A stretch of DNA of 64,000 bases from the NCBI GenBank assembly GCA_003175985.1, contig PSRJ01000194.1, positions 10,366 to 74,365 of the forward strand, given 5' to 3'. A program made the position numbers and the translations under genes. This DNA comes from Terriglobia bacterium. GTDB lineage: Bacteria; Acidobacteriota; Terriglobia; Bryobacterales; Bryobacteraceae. The notes under the pieces are model-generated. The model was given only the letters and a program-made list of their open reading frames with translations. It searched no databases and was not told the DNA's origin. This document shows, in pieces, positions 62,388-64,000 of this stretch (positions within the stretch are counted from its first letter, which is position 1; each line of letters begins with the position of its first letter).

Positions 62388-63193
62388 CTCGGCACCTCGT
62401 TACCGGATTCCACACGCAGACTCGCCAGGTATGCGACGAGATCTTCGACTTCAGACTGCTTGAGTTTTGATTTGAACGATGGCATTGGCGAAGTACGCAC
62501 GATTTCATAATTCGCCAGGTCGGTCTTCCAGACGGAGCGCAAGTGTCCGGAGGATTCCAGGATTTGAAACGAGTCCGTATCCTCATTCATCCGGAGGCCC
62601 TCAATCGCCTGGCCCGTCTTGGTACGTCCGCGAAGCGACCAATAGTCCGGATCGACCTCGGCGCTGGGATCGAGCAGCGCGGTTTCCAGTTGGGCCAGCG
62701 ACCGGCGCGATCCGATATCGCTGAGATCCGGACCGGCGAAACCGCCCGGCTTTCCCGCGGTATGGCATTGGGCACAGCCATTGGCCTGGAACAATTGCGC
62801 GCCGTTGCCCGGATTTCCCTTTGCCTGTCCGGCGCCCTTGGAGACATTTGCCGAGCGCAGGAAGGAAATCAATTGCCACACCTCGCGCCCATCGAGCTTA
62901 AACCCTACCATCGGCGTCCCGGGCACACCTTTGGTAATGATGCCGTACAGCGCTTCGTCGGAATTGCCGTGCCGGAAGTTGCCCGTCGTCAGGCTCGGCC
63001 CGGATGCGCCTGACGCGTCCAGCCCATGGCAGGCCGCGCACTGCGATCGGAATGATCGCGCTCCCGCGGCCACGTCGTCTGCAGTGGGGAAGGGGTTGCG
63101 AATGACATTGCTGTGATCCTGTGCGCCCAGAGGGTCTAACCACAGCCCCAAAGTCACACCGAGAAGCCCAAGTTTCCTGAAAACCATGACCAT
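62384..63193 (-). CDS. di-haem c-type cytochrome, cassette 2
   Basis: The track start at 63268 is a TTG, so I trimmed to the ATG at 63193 (MVMVFRKLGLLGVTLGLWLDPLGA|Q). Two CxxCH motifs (CAACH, CAQCH). GPDLSDIGSRRSLAQLETALLDPS...SPMPSF...EVEDLVAYL. Confidence 0.88.
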   Translation of the reverse strand: MVMVFRKLGLLGVTLGLWLDPLGAQDHSNVIRNPFPTADDVAAGARSFRSQCAACHGLDASGASGPSLTTGNFRHGNSDEALYGIITKGVPGTPMVGFKLDGREVWQLISFLRSANVSKGAGQAKGNPGNGAQLFQANGCAQCHTAGKPGGFAGPDLSDIGSRRSLAQLETALLDPSAEVDPDYWSLRGRTKTGQAIEGLRMNEDTDSFQILESSGHLRSVWKTDLANYEIVRTSPMPSFKSKLKQSEVEDLVAYLASLRVESGNEVPR

Positions 63194-63450
63194 TGCCGTT
63201 CGGAACAGTTTATCCGAGATCGTGCCGTGAGCCAAGGGCCTCTTGCGGCTGCAGCGGCTTCCTGTCAACGGCGGTAATTCGTTCTATTCGTTTTACTTCC
63301 TCAGTTTGGCAACAAACGGGCCGGTGAATTTAGGGAGAGGACTGCGAAGCCGTGCTTTATTTCACATTCTTTCTGGTTGCGGCAGCCGTAGCAGGGACGG
63401 TCCCAAGGGCCCGCAGCCACGGGGCGGCAGTGTGGGAGTTGATCGTGGCC

Positions 63451-64000
63451 ATGTTCGAATGGTTCGGCGACTTCGCCAAGTTCGTCACGCGTGTGGCACG
63501 CGCAGCGCTGACGCCTCCGTATGAATGGCGCGAGCTATTGCGCCAATTGGACGCGATTGGCGCCAAATCGGCGCCATTGGTCGCCCTTGCCGGCGCGGCG
63601 ACCGGTGTGGTGCTCTCCCTGCAAACCCGGGACAGCCTGGCGCGCTTTGGCGCCAAGTCGATGCTCCCGGCAATCATTGTGTTCTCCATGATCAGGGAGA
63701 CGGGTCCGATTATTACCGGTCTGGTGGTGAGCGGGCGTGTGAGCGCCGGGATCGGCGCCGAGCTAGGTTCGATGAAAGTGACCGAACAAATCGATGCCAT
63801 GGAGGCTTCGGCAGTCGATCCTTACAAATTTCTGGCTGCCACGCGTGTGGTGGCTTGTATCCTCGTGCTGCCCCTGCTCACGCTGATCGCGGATTTCTGC
63901 GGCATCTTGATGGGTTGGATCGCGAACACGCTGGCACAGCCGGTTTCGCCGCGATTCTTCCTCGACAACGGATTCAAAGACGTGGTGTTCAGCGATTTCC
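63451..64000 (+). CDS. mlaE: MlaE/YrbE-family ABC transporter permease, 5' part (runs off the right edge)
   Basis: My own translation, open to the window end: MFEWFGDFAKFVTRVARAALTPPYEWRELLRQLDAIGAKSAPLVALAGAATGVVLSLQ...MIRETGPIITGLVVSGRVSAGIGAELGSMKVTEQIDAMEASAVDPYKFLAATRV. It is not in the ORF track because it has no stop. The start could also be the GTG at 63445 or further upstream. Confidence 0.85.
   Translation, partial: MFEWFGDFAKFVTRVARAALTPPYEWRELLRQLDAIGAKSAPLVALAGAATGVVLSLQTRDSLARFGAKSMLPAIIVFSMIRETGPIITGLVVSGRVSAGIGAELGSMKVTEQIDAMEASAVDPYKFLAATRVVACILVLPLLTLIADFCGILMGWIANTLAQPVSPRFFLDNGFKDVVFSDF

Noticed and set aside
40563-62510. Series of 170-370-aa plus-strand ORFs (for example 40563-41573, 42033-43142, 48904-49968, 54848-55897, 59168-60190, 61476-62510)
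   Set aside because: All lie antisense to minus-strand genes that have strong family motifs. Their translations are Arg/Gly/Val-rich with no recognisable domains. They are shadow ORFs.
20783-63268. N-terminal extensions in the ORF track (for example starts at 23266, 51066 and 63268 are TTG, and 56374 is GTG)
   Set aside because: The track appears to take the longest ORF using alternative starts. For some genes I preferred downstream ATG codons preceded by Shine-Dalgarno-like sequences and followed directly by signal peptides (36974, 43484, 54490; also 51048 on spacing). For 23230, 39058 and 63193 I saw no clear SD, so the signal peptide and avoidance of overlap with the upstream gene were the only grounds. 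These trimmed starts remain predictions.
63357-63800. 147-aa minus-strand ORF at the right end
   Set aside because: It is antisense to an open plus-strand frame that translates into a clear MlaE permease. I chose the mlaE reading instead.
1-64000. Looked for CRISPR arrays, tRNA/rRNA genes, IS elements, integrases, phage genes, reverse transcriptases (retron/DGR) and classical defence islands
   Set aside because: I could see no direct-repeat/spacer periodicity, no cloverleaf-like intergenic sequence and no transposase, integrase or RT-like ORF. Intergenic regions are short (mostly under 230 nt). This was a by-eye inspection only, so tRNAscan-SE, cmscan, minced and DefenseFinder should confirm it.

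Overview
This is a high-GC, very gene-dense chromosomal segment. It looks acidobacterial: Oar-type TonB-dependent receptors with carboxypeptidase-regulatory N-domains, PSD1/DUF1501 and DUF1592/DUF1552 pairs, and a PEP-CTERM protein. That taxonomic guess is inference only. I call about 40 protein-coding genes. Two are cut by the window edges and are missing from the ORF track (1-144, and mlaE at 63451-64000). I see no rRNA, tRNA, CRISPR array, transposase, integrase, phage gene or obvious defence gene. The only classical housekeeping block is a LysR regulator divergent from leuA(short form)-leuB-leuC-leuD (11.5-16.7 kb). Nearly everything else is predicted to be exported or envelope-located. 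The best candidate for an undescribed system is an uninterrupted ~25.4 kb minus-strand array (37826-63193). It contains two tandem cassettes [di-haem cytochrome c -> PQQ dehydrogenase -> Oar-type TonB receptor] and two cassettes [PSD1/planctomycete-cytochrome protein -> Tat-exported DUF1501]. It also holds a signal-peptide-bearing HpcH/HpaI aldolase, a signal-peptide-bearing DUF711/UPF0210 protein, and a membrane-anchored ToxR/CadC-like regulator with a TolB-like sensor. Both PQQ enzymes carry the D-x-D motif associated with lanthanide dependence. The second candidate is a set of four paralogues of an unnamed secreted protein family. Two of them bracket a parallel beta-helix protein in a rhodanese-to-hydrolase gene string (29.8-37.0 kb). 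All system-level functions are inference. Many long antisense ORFs in the track are GC-content artefacts. Several track ORFs begin at upstream TTG/GTG codons; I trimmed some to in-frame ATG codons, citing Shine-Dalgarno support where I could see it.
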